Shown here in pieces: positions 11,430 to 24,490 of a stretch of DNA of 64,000 nucleotides. The stretch covers positions 11,098,001 through 11,162,000 of the forward strand of contig JBHGNT010000006.1 in NCBI GenBank assembly GCA_043228905.1, written 5' to 3'. The stretch comes from Azolla caroliniana (taxonomy: Eukaryota; Plantae; Polypodiophyta). The position numbers and the translations under genes are program-made. The notes beneath the pieces are model-generated. The model searched no databases. It saw only the letters and a list, made by a program, of their open reading frames with translations, and was not told the origin of the DNA. The number at the start of each line of letters is the position of its first letter. Position 1 is the stretch's first letter.

Positions 11430-14400
11430 TTTTATACTAGGCCTAGTTTCATTTCCATCCAAGTCTCTTGAAAAGAAGCGGGAGGTCAAAGGGTTTCAAC
11501 GTGGAGGTGACCCATGGTCCCAATGTAAAAGATACCGCAACCATAGCTGCTAGGTGGCGTAGCTCATGTTCCCTTATCTTCTTAATTGTTTCTACTCCAC
11601 ATCGAGTTGCTTTGAAGCCCGACATCCGAGGGCATTTGGTTGTTCTTTGCATTTCTGCTCCCTCAAGAGAGAGGCCGAGTGGTGTAGTGTGTCCACATTC
11701 ATAGTGTCCCCTTGTTCTTGAAAAATGGTATTAGTTACATGTTGGTGAATATTAAAATGATTATGGTTAACATTTCGTAGTTTTTCCTCCCTATGTTGTT
11801 TTAGCTCTAAGATATAACTACCTAGTCTCTTTATATCCGGGTTATCTAATAGTTTAGAGAGGGTGGGAGAGGGTCCTAGTATGTCTTGGTATTTTGCCCC
11901 TATCTCAGCATAAGTTGGACACTTGCATGTAAAGTGATACTCATCCTTATCTCTATATGACATAACCTACATAGCCTTTCCTCTCTAGGGACTCCATTAG
12001 TACGACCATTCTCAATCTCAAGTTGGTGAGATGATATCCTAAGTTGTCAAATGGCCACCCTTAGTGCATTCATCAAGAATGTATCTAGATATTTTGGTTG
12101 TGTAATAAAACCTAGCTTAGAGAAGTGCATGAAGTGTTCCTTATAGTACAATATTTTAGATGTGAGTGGCCCTTGTGGGGTGATCTGTTATATATTGTGT
12201 ATAAAATTTCCATATTTCTTGGCGCATTACTTTATTACGGTCCTCATGAGAGATTAAAGTTTGATCAGTCCCATGGTTGTACTTAAGGGGAGGTAGGTTA
12301 TTAATGTCTATGCCATTTACAAGTAACCAATGCACTACAATGCTATACCAAGAGCTACTATCTCCGGACTCATATAGGGATCGAGATGCCTCAAAAGCTT
12401 GATAGGATATCCTATCTTGTGGTTGGCTATGTATCCTATGAATAAAAACTACCAATTGGAAGAGTGCTTCTACTAACATTGGGGGCAGACTGAACTCTGC
12501 TCTAATAATTTCATGTGGTATTGTCGATTTGCTTCGGAGTTGATGTGATAACATCATCACCAAATGTCTCTCTAATTGTGTCCACATGAAAGACGGTAGA
12601 CCTAGAGCCCATACATGAGTGAAGGGGTCACTAATTAATTGAAGAGCCATCCCTTAGACTGTGGCTCTTGAAAGTATGCCCGGTGGCATTGTCTCTCTAA
12701 GAGTGAGAGGGATGCATACCCTCTTGTTAGCCTATCTTTGGCTGCCTGGGTCATCGAGAATTTATCTGAGCGAGCACTAAAAGTGACTCCAAGATATACA
12801 TATGATCCACCTACCTCGACTGGTTTATGAGAGAAGAGTAGGTGACACTTACTCCTAACTCGAGACGATGTGTGAAAGATGAGGGCTTTAGTTTTCGTTA
12901 GATTCACTACCCAATCCTCGTTGTGTGCAAAAATCATCTAGGGCATTAAGGTGCTTTTGTAGGTCGTGTTTAGACTCCGAGAGCAAAACTATGTCATTAG
13001 CATAGAGTAAGAGACTAACTTGCATGTCCCCAATGGCTACTTCGTTGCCTCCCTTACGAGCAATAAAATCAGTGATCTCATCAATGTAGATACAAAAATA
13101 GTCAGTGATAGGGGACAACCCTGTTTTACGCCAATGGTGCTAGTGAAACAATCGGAGAGGCCACCTGGGCATCTGACGCACCAGAGACTTGCTCATATAG
13201 AGCATAGATGGCCCAAATTATGTCATTTGGTATCTCCAAGATTCCAAGCCTATCAAACAACCGCTCCCTAGGAATTGTGTCAAAGGCTCTGCGGAAGTCC
13301 ACAAAGCAACAATATAGTTTCTTCTTGAGAGCCTTCGTTTGGTCACTTAAGCATCTAAGTGTGAAGATATCGTCAATAGTTGAGAAGGCTCGTCTAAAGC
13401 CAGCATGCTCAGGTGCTCAAAGGCTTAAGGTCTCCATATAATCCCTAAGCTCTACTTCCATTACCGCACCATATAGTTTAGCGAGTGTATGACCTATCAT
13501 GATGGTCCTATATGTATTTCGGTCCACATTATGTTCATGGTCCTCGGCAAGGGCGCGGTTGAAGATTAGAGTGAGAAAAGGAGATAGGCACTCTCGAGCA
13601 TATATGATGTGTTCGGCTTGCAATCTTGTGTGGTCCATGGACTTCCAATGTTGTAATTTTTTTATGACCTTCGTGACCCTAGAGGTCGTGAAATGTGTCC
13701 CCGTGGTGGGTCGAGGTGTGGAAGGCCTTGGAATGGGTGGTTGGTTCGGGACATGGTAGAGTCTCTTTGTATATGTGTGCCAAAGTGTGAGGATCCTTGA
13801 TGGGTGTTTGTGGTCTCAGTTCTCGTAGTCTCTTCCATGCAAGGGCGCAATCCCTACTCATGAGCATGTGGTAGAGTTCCCTATATTGAGATACTTCCCA
13901 AGCTCGTCTTTTACGACGTGTCATATTGCGCATCTCTTTGCAAGCCTATATTGAGGAAATAATACCACTAAGTCGCGAAACTTTAAGTTGTCTATACAAA
14001 GCTCTACAATCTTCATCATACCACCTATTCTGTGGCATAGACCCTATTCTATTTTGATTGGAGTGTTTCATGTATGGGAAGCTACTAATCGTTGTTGAGT
14101 GAAGGATGTGTGTGAGTTCTATACTTAGGTTCTCTAAAGGCAGGGATGGATCAATAAAGGAGAGTTGGGCTTGAACATGTCGGGAGTAGATGTCAGAGAG
14201 CTCATGCGTGAAATGTATGGCGGTGTGATGGTTTGGTTTACTAGAGTTGGTGGCGTTGGAGGTGTCGTACTTTAGCTCAAAGTATAGGAAGCTATGGTAT
14301 GCACCAATGGGGCATGGGGCTACCCAGAAAGAGTTAATCATGTGGGTAGCTTCAAGGCGTCCTATGAGGTAATCAATTGTGCTTTCCCCTCCTCCATGTG

Positions 14401-15203
14401 GGAAACATGTGAGCTCTTCTGAGCCCAACCACTTGGCTAAACCATTATATATGATCATCTGGTGTCGACTTCCAAGTTCAAGCAAATGATGGCCAAAGCT
14501 TGTGGTGTCTGAACCTTGATCTTTTGACCTACGTGTGATGCCTATGGCTAAAGGGTCGACATTCACCATGTCTAGGTTTTTATCCATCTGAAATAGTGTG
14601 CATTGTCGGGGATTGAGTTCTCGCATTGAAGTCTCCTACGAGGAAGACTTGACCTTGGGAAGAATATTGGATTATGTCATTCGATAAAGGTTCGTATGGA
14701 GAATGCCCATGTGGCACTCCTTCATCAACTATACTCGCCTCTCCAGCCATATTATATCGGGATCCTTTCGGGGAAAAGTAACAAATGGCGATAAATATTG
14801 CCTGATCTTTGCCTGTGAGGACTTTCACCCCCATAAAACCGGCTTTTGGGTCTGTATTTAGTATTTCTATCCTATTATGTATCTCTCTCCGAAATAGTAT
14901 TGCAACCCCTCCAGACCCTTTAGTAGTGTGTCGACATGAGGTTTGTCTAAAGACAGATTCCCAACGGAAACCGTCAACTTGTGGCAGTCCTCTATTTGGA
15001 CTTTGATGTCTTTCTACTAAGAAAAATATCAGATACCTTCAAAATCTCCTGTAGACCAGCTAGGGTGTGTCCAAAGTGCATCGACGTGTCTATTATGACA
15101 CAAATCATAAAGAGGGCTGGTGAGGGAATCACGACCACAACGGTGCAGGTCGCTCAGAGGAAGGTGTGTGCAATCTGTACCGTCAGATTTCGATAAGAAA
15201 GAA
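11430..15203 (-). mobile_element. Degenerate LINE (APE endonuclease + RT + C-terminal Cys/His motif); clade uncertain, possibly RTE-X/L2-like; ends approximate
   Basis: Endonuclease motifs DIFLVE, GSGGVAILFR, LVGDFNART, STIDY. RT motifs YRTIMIGHTLAKLYG and LLYANDIVLL (YADD-type). C-terminal DEYHFTCKCPTY. Multiple frameshifts and stops. Confidence 0.88.
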
Positions 15204-15224
15204 CACGTGAAAAAAAGAGTTGTC

Positions 15225-15748
15225 AGAGGTTGCCCAACTTTGAGTCGTTGGTCACCCAACCCTGTTAGAGGTCCCCCAACTTATTTGATTATGGGCGCCC
15301 AATTGAGTTACATTTTTTAAACGGTTGGGTGACCGGTTTAAGCAGGTCACCGAATAGAGGTTGCCCAACTTTGAGTCGTTGGTCACCCAACCCTGTTAGA
15401 GGTCCCCCAACTTATTTGATTATGGGCGCCCAATTGAGTTACATTTTTTAAACGGTTGGGTGACCGGTTTAAGCAGGTCACCGAACAGAGGTTGCCCAAC
15501 TTTGAGTCGTTGGTCACCCAACCCTGTTAGAGGTCCCCCAACTTATTTGATTATGGGCGCCCAATTGAGTTACATTTTTTAAACGGTTGGGTGACCGGTT
15601 TAAGCAGGTCACTGAACAGAGGTTGCCCAACTTTGAGTCGTTGGTCACCCAACCCTGTCAAAGGTCCCCCAACTTATTTGATTATGGGCACCCAACTAAG
15701 TTACATTTTTAAAATGGTTGGGTGACCGGTTTAAGCAGGTCACTGAAC
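15225..15748. repeat. 131-bp tandem repeat x4, each unit with ~6 GGTCRCCCAA-like motifs
   Basis: Units start at 15225, 15356, 15487, 15618. Confidence 0.95.
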
Positions 15749-17308
15749 CGCAAGTAAGTTTATATTAAGTTGGTCGCCCAACCATCGACCTCATCAAAGC
15801 AGGTCGCCCAACCGACGACTATAAAACCCTAAAACCTGTCATTATCTCTCATTTTTTCAAACGAGATTGACAGGTTTTTTTGCCCGGAAAGAAAAGTATC
15901 TTCAGGTGGCCTACAATCGACATACGCGGCAATCAATCTCATCCTCTACTATTCCCAGGTATGTACTAAACCCTATAACATCAATTTTTATATTTTTTTA
16001 CATGTGGTTAGAATAATTGAGGGATTTATGTTCATGTTGAGGGATTAGGCTTTGGGAGAAGGTTATGTTTCACTATTATGATTGTAATGTGATAGTATGA
16101 CTTGATTTTAGAATGATTGGGACAATGTTTAGGGTTTAGACTCAAAGATATGATTGTATAAACTGTTTGGGGTTTAGGAGTGAAGAGGTTTAGGGTTTAG
16201 AACATGTTTTTGATGATTTTAATGCTTGCTATTAGAATGTTTATCGGTTTAATGCTTTGCTAGGTTAAAGTTAATATTGTGTGATATGTGAGCTTAAAGT
16301 ATACAGTGTATTGATATGTGACCTTAATAGCTATATTGGTTTACGGTTAAAATTATGATTTCAATGCGTGATATTAGAATGTGAATGGTTTACGGTTTAA
16401 TGATTTGCTTGCTTAACCTTTTGATGAGAATAGTACTTTTCCAATCCCTTAATTGAAGCTCCAATTGTTCCCATACATTTATCAAGTGGCTACCACAAAA
16501 CTTCCATGCATGTTGGGCCTAAGGATCTAATCCTAATCCTTACAAATCCATGTATGCCCTCACTGTCTCACATGTCTATTCAATGGCATTGCAAAACCCT
16601 ATAATGGATAAGTTATAGATCATGGAGTATGACATGTTACACCTCCCAATCATCACTCTTCATGCTTGCATAACTTAAAATACCAATGTAGGACACATGT
16701 TTCAAGATTTCAGATCGGTGTGCCCACATGAGCTAAATAAATGATAGTAATCTAATGCGGCTAGAGAGGAGCCATGACCTATGTTGCGTGCAAATGATAC
16801 TCCAAATTAACATACGATTGGAAAATCAAAGCAGATGTATTCTACACAATACTAGATAATGGAACCACATTAATTACTAAATGAATTTATGTATACATAA
16901 ATCGAAACGATTTGGCTGTCAACTTCATTTCAAAATCCAAAAACATCCAGTATGTACAAGACACCTCAAGTTGGTATACTATTTCTCATCACTTACATCA
17001 AGATACATGAATGGGCTATGTTTCACTATTATGATTGTAATGTGATAGTATGACTTGATTTTAGAATGATAGGGACAATGTTTAAGGTTGAGACTCAAAC
17101 ATATGATTGTATAAATTGTTTAGGGTTTAGGAGTGAAGAGGTTTAGCGTTTGGAAACTATTTAGAACATGTTTTTGATTATTTTAATGCTTGCTATTAGA
17201 ATGTTTATCGGTTTAATGCTTTGCTAGATTAAAGTTAATATTGTGTGATATGTGACCTTAAAGTATACGGTTTATTGATGTGACCTTGATAACTATATTG
17301 GTTTACGG

Positions 17309-20300
17309 TGTCGCGAAGATGTGCGTGCGAGCGTGCTTCGCTTGAGCGGGACCACCGGGGTCTTGGACCAAGGAGGATGTCCGTCAAGGTATTGAGAAGA
17401 GGATGATGTGAATGTAAGATTGGAGGAAGAACTATTACACTTGAGAAGATTGAAGATTGTACACTTTCAGAAGTAGATAAATAATTACAAGATAGATGCA
17501 GAGAAGAAGAAATAAAAGCTTATATTATTGATGGTGATGATGATCGTCATATCATATTGAGCCCCCCCCTTTACACAAGCCGTACTAGGGGTTTTATAGG
17601 TTTGTCCATGCACAAAACCATGGGCTTGGAGCCATGGTTTCTATGCACACAGTTTTGCTTTGTAACATGCAGGAAACCATGGGCTTAAAACCGTGGTTTT
17701 GTGTACACGATTTTGTTCGTTTGTTTCCTACGGAATACTGAATATGAGAAAGAAATATAGAACATCTAAAGCACTTAGTAGTAGCTTTAGTGGTAAGGTA
17801 ATTGCCTCTTATCTTAGAGGTGTAAGGTTCAAATCCTACTTGCAACCCTCTACATGCACTCAATGCCATTGTGACCTAGGTTTATTTATTTTCATTTTTA
17901 CAAGTATTCGTGAAATGTGTGTGGATCCTCAATTTTTGACTTTTTCTCGCACTAGACATGCCACATCACGACATCCACCCCCACCAAACCGCACATGCTC
18001 CGGTATGTGCCAAGAAGAAAAGAGTGATGTGGAAGGGTCAAAGGTGCTGGTGTTTGATTTCCTTCTTTCTTGCGCCTCGTCCGCACCGTCTTTTTGTCGT
18101 CTACTTCGAACTGTCGGTACCATCCGATCCACCATATCATTCGCTTACCTTTTTTATTGCCATGTCTAGTTGTCATGGCTCCCTTTGCTCCTCCCGAGCA
18201 TAACGCTTCATGCCTCATGCATGTGCCACCTTCATCTCGGCCATCTCCTTGGTCACCTAACTTTCCTTTATCATCATTTCTCGTCTCATGCTTGCCTTTC
18301 CTTATGCTCACTAGCCTCAACCAGGTGTCACGACTCGTCTGCTTCGACCTCCGCCTAGGCCAGTTCAACTTTTGTCTGTCTCGACCAATCAACTTCTGGC
18401 TTGGTCGGCCTTCCTCCGGATTCGCATTCGGCTGAATCAGACTCAGACGATCGACTTTCGTCCGGGTCAGTTTCCATCCGGTTTTCGGTTGGGTCGGGCC
18501 CGTTTGATCAACTCTCATTCGGGTCAGCTTCCGTTCGGGTCGGAATACCAATCGCGTCATCTTCCATCCGGATTGTATTCTGGTTCTTCCTTTCTTGCCG
18601 CTATCTGGCTCTTCATCGAACTCTATTGTAGCTTTGTTTTTGGCATCCTTGTTGGCCACCGTTCCTCCGTATGCGCTGGCGTCGACCCTCATCTCCTCGC
18701 CGCCACCTTCCATCTCTCCGGTCTTATGTTCGCTCTCGGGCACAACTGCCGAAGTCTCCAGAATCGGTGTGGAGGGATTCCTTCGTCTATGGCCATCCTC
18801 CTCATCGTTGTTTCGGTCCTTTGATTTCCAGCCGCCACCTTCTGTCTCTCCGGTCTCACGTTGACACTCGGGCACAACTGCCGAAGTCTCAGGAACAATT
18901 GTGGGGAGAACCTCGACACCATCGGTCACCGTCTTCTCATCCGTAGCCATCTTTCGCTCAATGTTGTTATTCACATTTTCTTCAATATTTTCTTCCCCAC
19001 CACTTTCCGTCTCTTGGTCTCATGTTGGCTCTCGGACGCAACTACCCAAGTCTCTAGATCAAGTGTTAGGAAAGTCTTGACACGGTCATTCGCCATGGAC
19101 TCTTCCTTAGCCATGTTCGACTCGATGTCGTTCCTCGTGGCTACCACCACAATCATGTCGACCTCGCACTCTTTACATCCCTTGATCACGCAAGCTTCCC
19201 TCATGCTTGCACCTTCATTACTCGATATTTCAGACACAACATGTGTTCCGAAATGCTCCTCCACTCTTAAAGCAGCATTTCCCGCTCTCGAGTCTTCGGC
19301 CTTTCTCTTGACCGTCATTCCTCCATAAGTCGAGAAGGTGGCTTGTTTCACACCTTCTCCCATGGTACTGTCATACCGAACCTGGGCCTTCGTATTGGCC
19401 GCATCATTAGTCTGCATTTGTTGGGAGGTCTCCTCTTCGTCGATCACCATTTTCCTCGGTTTTGTTTTCAGCTTCTCTTCAACCTCGATTTGTGCCTTTA
19501 AGTTCATGAATGCCTCTCTCATCAAGGCTTCTATGTTGAGTTCTGTCGAAGCTTCCCTCTTCGAGCTTTCTTCCTTCGGTGGGTTTTTATTGCCACATCC
19601 CATTCTCCTTTGAACATCCCTTGTGGGTCGTGTTGTTGTCGATGAGAATCTCATCTCCCTCTTATCGTGTTGTCGGCATACCCTTTTCACTTTGGCCCAA
19701 TCCTCAGTGAGGCCATTTTCACCATTGTCATCCTCGAGTTGGATTCCAATGGCCTTCCTTTCATTCCAATCGATTGACTTTACAAACAGCAGAACTTTAT
19801 TCACCCCCACCAATCTTCGATCCCGGTCCGAGAGTTGAGCGAATCGATACTCAAACTCAACAAATGTATGCATAGCACTCTGGTGGGTCTTTCTCGATGA
19901 CACCCATTTGTGAAACTCATATAGACCTCGTCCCTTTTGCTCTTCGTAACCATATGACTCGTAAAGCTTCTTTGAAGGACACCCACGAATCGTGAGTTTT
20001 TTGAATCTCTTTAATCTCTTCGAAGATCGGTTCGGCCACCACTCGACAGAAGTACTCCAGCCTCATTGCTTCCTCCACTCCTCTTGAATCCATTTCGGCA
20101 TTGTAGGCCTTTAGAAATATTTGGACTTCGCCTCCATCGAAAAACCCGACTTGCTTGATCATGCTTTCAACGGCTTGTTGGGCTGCATCTCGTGTTTTCC
20201 CTTCTCTTGAAAACTCCATCATCATCTTTGACATTGCCTTCATTAGATATTCCTCGTCCATCTTCATCCTCCCCTACCGCTCTTCACATCGGGTTCACCA

Positions 20301-20970
20301 AAAAATGTCGCGAAGATGCGCGTGCGAGCGTGCTTCGCTTGAGCGGGACCACCGGGGTCTTGGACCAAGGAGGATGTCCGTCAAGGTATTGAGAAGAGGA
20401 TGATGTGAATGTAAGATTGGAGGAAGAACTATTACACTTGAGAAGATTGAAGATTGTACACTTTCAGAAGTAGATAAATAATTACAAGATAGATGCAGAG
20501 AAGAAGAAATAAAAGCTTATATTATTGATGGTGATGATGATCGTCATATCATATTGAGCCCCCCCCTTTACACAAGCCGTACTAGGGGTTTTATAGGTTT
20601 GTCCATGCACAAAACCATGGGCTTGGAGCCATGGTTTCTATGCACACAGTTTTGCTTTGTAACATGCAGGAAACCATGGGCTTAAAACCGTGGTTTTGTG
20701 TACACGATTTTGTTCGTTTGTTTCCTACGGAATACTGAATATGAGAAAGAAATATAGAACATCTAAAGCACTTAGTAGTAGCTTTAGTGGTAAGGTAATT
20801 GCCTCTTATCTTAGAGGTGCAAGGTTCAAATCCTACTTGCAACCCTCTACATGCACTCAATGCCATTGTGACCTAGGTTTATTTATTTTCATTTTTACAA
20901 GTATTCGTGAAATGTGTGTGGATCCTCAATTTTTGACTTTTTCTCGCACTAGACATGCCACATCACGACA
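17309..20970 (-). mobile_element. Element A: non-autonomous gag-only Ty3/gypsy (Phygy-like) LTR retrotransposon
   Basis: 665-bp LTRs at 17309-17973 and 20306-20970 (TG..CA, only 2 differences seen); 4-bp TSD ACGG; PBS TGGTGAACCCGATGTGA (tRNA-Trp-like) at ~20284-20300; PPT at 17974-17990; gag-like ORFs 19917-20267 and 18971-19903; no RT or integrase core. Confidence 0.92.
17774..17846 (+). ncRNA. tRNA-like / SINE-head-like Pol III cassette inside the LTR of element A (second copy at ~20771-20843)
   Basis: Box A-like TAGCTTTAGTGG, box B GGTTCAAATCC, tRNA-like spacing; cloverleaf imperfect. Confidence 0.6.
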
Positions 20971-21109
20971 ACGGTTGAAATTATGATTTCAATGCTTGAT
21001 ATTAGAATATGAATGGTTTACAATTTAATGATTTGCTCCAATGCTCTTAATATTGTGTATGTTTGAGTATTAAATTCGGAAAATGTTTGATTACTTGAAT
21101 GGTGGTAGA

Positions 21110-22135
21110 TGGCTTCCAAGTCCAAGTACAAAGATTGGTGGGATTCTGATAATGGTGACATATATCCAACTCAAGAGAGGTATGTCACGAACCAATCTCC
21201 CCTAATACTGGTAATGAGGTGTGATGCATGTATGTTGACTTGTGATTTGTTAAAGGGTTTTCGTTAGAAGACATTGGAGAAGTTCGTCGGTTGACATGTC
21301 TAAGGGTGGGGAGAGAATGGATCAGACACTAGTGGTTCATCTGCCTCAGATCGAGCCGATACATGCCATGGCAACATTCGACAAGATGCTCCTCCAAATG
21401 GTATGTGGATTTGGTGTCGTTGTAATATGTCAATCTTTATGCCAATCTTTATGTCAATCTTAAATATGTAACACATACAGAAGGAACAGATGCTCCTAGC
21501 CCAGACTCGTTGTATAAGGTTGGAAGAGATGCAAATGGGAACGAGGCTCGTGCATGAAGGGGCAAGCCATCCTTAGGAAGATGGCTGAACATGATTTTAT
21601 GTTCATTCCGATCATGCTTGACGGCCATTGGGTGTTGTGGATGAAGATGAGACAGAAAGTTTCTAAGCTTACCAACGAAGTAGTCTTCTATGATCCATTA
21701 AACAACGCGACTATTGACAACGTACGGAGTCTAGCAGAGTTGGCGATTCAGACCATTTCATCTGAACCGTCAGACCACACCATTATGTCCAAGGGTCGAC
21801 ATCACGTATTGCACATCCCAAATCAGCCAAATTCTTGGGATTGTGGCTTTTACATGATGAAGACTATCCAGATTCTAGTGGAGGAGTTCTTACGAGGATG
21901 GATACCTCTGACTTTTGTAAGTGTAATTGCAATGCCTTATTCATGTGGATTGTGTATAGATGTGTTCTTATACATATTTGGTGACAGGGCACAGAGATGT
22001 GGTTCACCAAACGCGAAGTGGATTCACTTCGGATTCATGTGGACGAGTGGATTTGCACCTGCGACCGGTGGCCCCATATTGTAAATTTCGTGTCTGCTGT
22101 TTTCAGCACAAATTTTGTTATAGAGTTGATGTTGT
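21110..22135 (+). pseudogene. Spliced Ulp1-like (peptidase C48) cysteine protease gene, transposon-borne; 5' exons probably frameshifted
   Basis: Catalytic His/Asp/Gln/Cys motifs FIPIMLDGHW, VVFYDPL, QPNSWDCG. An intron at 21917-21988 is followed by GTEMWFTKREVDSLR. Upstream candidate exons at 21110-21179 and ~21256-21401. Confidence 0.8.
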
Positions 22136-22504
22136 AACTATATTTTGGAATCCCATATTGTAAATTTTGTGTCTGCTGTTTTCAGCATAGATTTTGGTAT
22201 AGACTTGATGTTGTAACTATATTTTGGAATCCACACAAATTTTGTATAGCGAGTATTGACTCATTGTATATCGCGAGTACTTATTAATGGAAAACTTGTT
22301 TACAACAAGTGTTTATCTCAAGTTGATTTGCTATTTTAAACCAATCTCAAGTTGATTTGTTGTTTTAAACCAATCTCAAGTTGTGATCTCAAGTTGATTT
22401 GCTGATTTCATGCGTATGGTGTATTTTTTCTTATTTGTGTCTGCTGAGTTGAGTAAGATGTTTTCAAAGATATGGAGTATTTTCTTTGAATTGTAATAAA
22501 CCAT

Positions 22505-22830
22505 GTTGCCCAAACCTCTTAAAAATAATTCTCTCATAACCCAGGTCGCCCAAACCTCTTAAAAAACATTCTCTCATAATCTAGGTCGCCCAACCTGTTT
22601 AAATATGGAAAACATTATAAGCAGGTTCCCCAACCTATATTTACTAGGTCACCCAACCCTCGTAAAAAACATTGATGGTAATAAAGAAGGTCGCCCAAAA
22701 CTGTTAAAAATCATTCTTTATCATAAGCCAGGTCACCCAACTGTTTTAAAAAACAGCTCGCGATCATAACCCAGGTCGCCCAACCTCTTTTAATATGGTC
22801 ACCCAACCATAAGCCAAGTCGCCCAACCTG
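22505..22830 (+). repeat. Second array of ~10 GGTCRCCCAA motifs at ~40-bp spacing
   Basis: Same motif and orientation as 15225-15812. Confidence 0.85.
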
Positions 22831-22869
22831 TTAAATAAACGGCCAAAAAAAGGGTCATATTAACATATA

Positions 22870-23165
22870 AATTAATCACATTTTAAGTCACATTAAACCC
22901 TAAACCGTCATTTTAATCAGAGTTGATTCCATCTCCAATTAATTACCTCTTAACATCAGATTCAATTAAGCACATTCTCTGTCTTAATCAGGTTCAATTA
23001 ATCACATTCTTTGTCTCAGGTTCAAATCATCACATTCTTTGTCCTAATCACATTTTCTGGCTTAATCAGATTCTTATAATCACATTCTCTATCTTAATCA
23101 CAGTCTCTATCTTAATCAAATTCACTTAATCACATTCTCTGTCTTAAATTACCTCTAATTAATCA
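22870..23165. repeat. Degenerate TAATCACATTCT-type short tandem array
   Basis: Repeated aatcacattct / cttaatca units. Confidence 0.75.
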
Positions 23166-23189
23166 CTACAAGAATTAGAAGTTATTGAG

Positions 23190-24046
23190 ATGAATCCAAA
23201 TGAACTAGATTTCATCACATCCTTGTATGATTCTGAGGATGGTTAGGCATCACCATACTCCGCAACCATCGACAATGACTTGGACTCGTCTACATCTGAA
23301 GACTATGAGTCGGCTTCATCTGAAGAAGAGGCGGAGGAGGTTGATCCCTTCATATACTGTTCGGCGAGGTATTTTGCGTTCACAAGAGATATGTACGATT
23401 TAATGCTTAAAGATTTATCGGGTCTAGTTAAGGTAACGTTTGAAACATTAAGCACAATCGCAAGGGGTGCACCTCTTAATTTACATGCATGGAGGTGCAT
23501 GAACAATCGTCTCACGCTTAGAAATGAGAACGCAATACACCTTAAGGCATCACCTCATCTTCAGGTTATGAATGTAGAGAAATGGAGGGAGATAGTACTG
23601 GCGTCACATTGTGGCGCATCGCACCGTTCTTTGACGGGTACTCTGACAGAGTTAAAGAGACTTTGGTCCAATGACCTTCGTGACTAGACAACTTATTGCC
23701 AAAGGTAAGTGCAACAGAGAGAAACCATCTTTATAATCGGAGGTGCCAACTCATGCAATGCATTACAGAATCCACATTCGAATGCCCAATGTGAGGAGTT
23801 AAAAGGTAGAATATGCAAATAAGCCAAAGTGTTTGGCAATATATAGGAGGATGGTGTGGCTTGACATGTGTGTGGAGGACACTGTGGCCCAAATTTGGTA
23901 GAATGTTCAACTATGGAAATGTTGACACTACCAATCCTGTGGAGAGACATTGGCAATGCCCCTTTAGATCAAGGGACTCAGATGTGGATTGTTGCAAGAA
24001 TTGTGGCCGCATATTGCCAACATCTACAGATGAGCCAGAAACATAG
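23190..24046 (+). pseudogene. Internally deleted MULE-like transposase with an N-terminal integrase zinc-binding (H2C2-like) segment
   Basis: WREIVLASHCGASHRSLTGTLTELKRLW resembles the H-x4-7-H half of the integrase Zn domain. YIGGW...WPKFGRMFNYGNVDTTNPVERHW resembles the catalytic-E region of MULE transposases. In-frame stops present. Confidence 0.6.
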
Positions 24047-24094
24047 CTTGAGTGGTTTTGCGGACCGATGCATTTGGGTTTACAATGTTTAAAG

Positions 24095-24490
24095 TGGATT
24101 TATGTTGATTTATGAGTGCATTTGGGAGAATGTCATATGTTGATTTATGTTTTAAGTTTCCTGTTTCAAGTATGTCGTATGTTGATTTATGTTTTAAGCT
24201 TCCTGTTTCAAGTATGCCATATGTTGATTTATGTTTTAAGTTTCCTGTTTCAAGTATGTCATATTTTGATTTATGCTTCAAGTATGTCATATTTTGATTT
24301 GGGTTTACGATGTTTAAATTGGATTTATGTTCAAAGGATGTCATATGTTGATTTATGTTTCAAATATGTCGTATGTAGATTTATGTTTCAAGTATGTCAT
24401 ATTTTGATTCATGTTTCAAGTATGTTATAAGTTGATCTCTGTTTTAAGTTTTAAGTTTTAAGTTTTTTAACTTTTAACTTTTATGTTTTA
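24095..24490. repeat. 21/42-bp degenerate tandem array (ATGTTGATTTATGTTTTAAG...TTTCAAGTATGTC)
   Basis: Direct reading; it produces the repetitive ORFs at 24024-24430. Confidence 0.9.

Larger units (their letters stand above)
16063..21038. repeat. ~350-bp direct duplication (16063-16410 versus 17017-17308 + 20975-21038); second copy split by element A
   Basis: The uninterrupted copy (ATATTGGTTTACGGTTAAAATTATGATTTC) gives the empty-site sequence for element A. Confidence 0.85.

Noticed and set aside
15225-15748. Regular repeat array as a CRISPR array
   Set aside because: Units are contiguous near-identical tandem copies with no unique spacers, there are no cas genes, and the context is eukaryotic
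23164-23174. CACTACAAGAA resembling a CACTA terminal repeat
   Set aside because: No matching inverted end or 3-bp TSD was found, it lies at the end of a TAATCAC array, and the adjacent coding motif is MULE-like
21554-23687. Ginger-type transposon (Ulp1 plus integrase Zn finger)
   Set aside because: No rve integrase core or TGT..ACA TIRs, and the downstream motif fits a MULE transposase better
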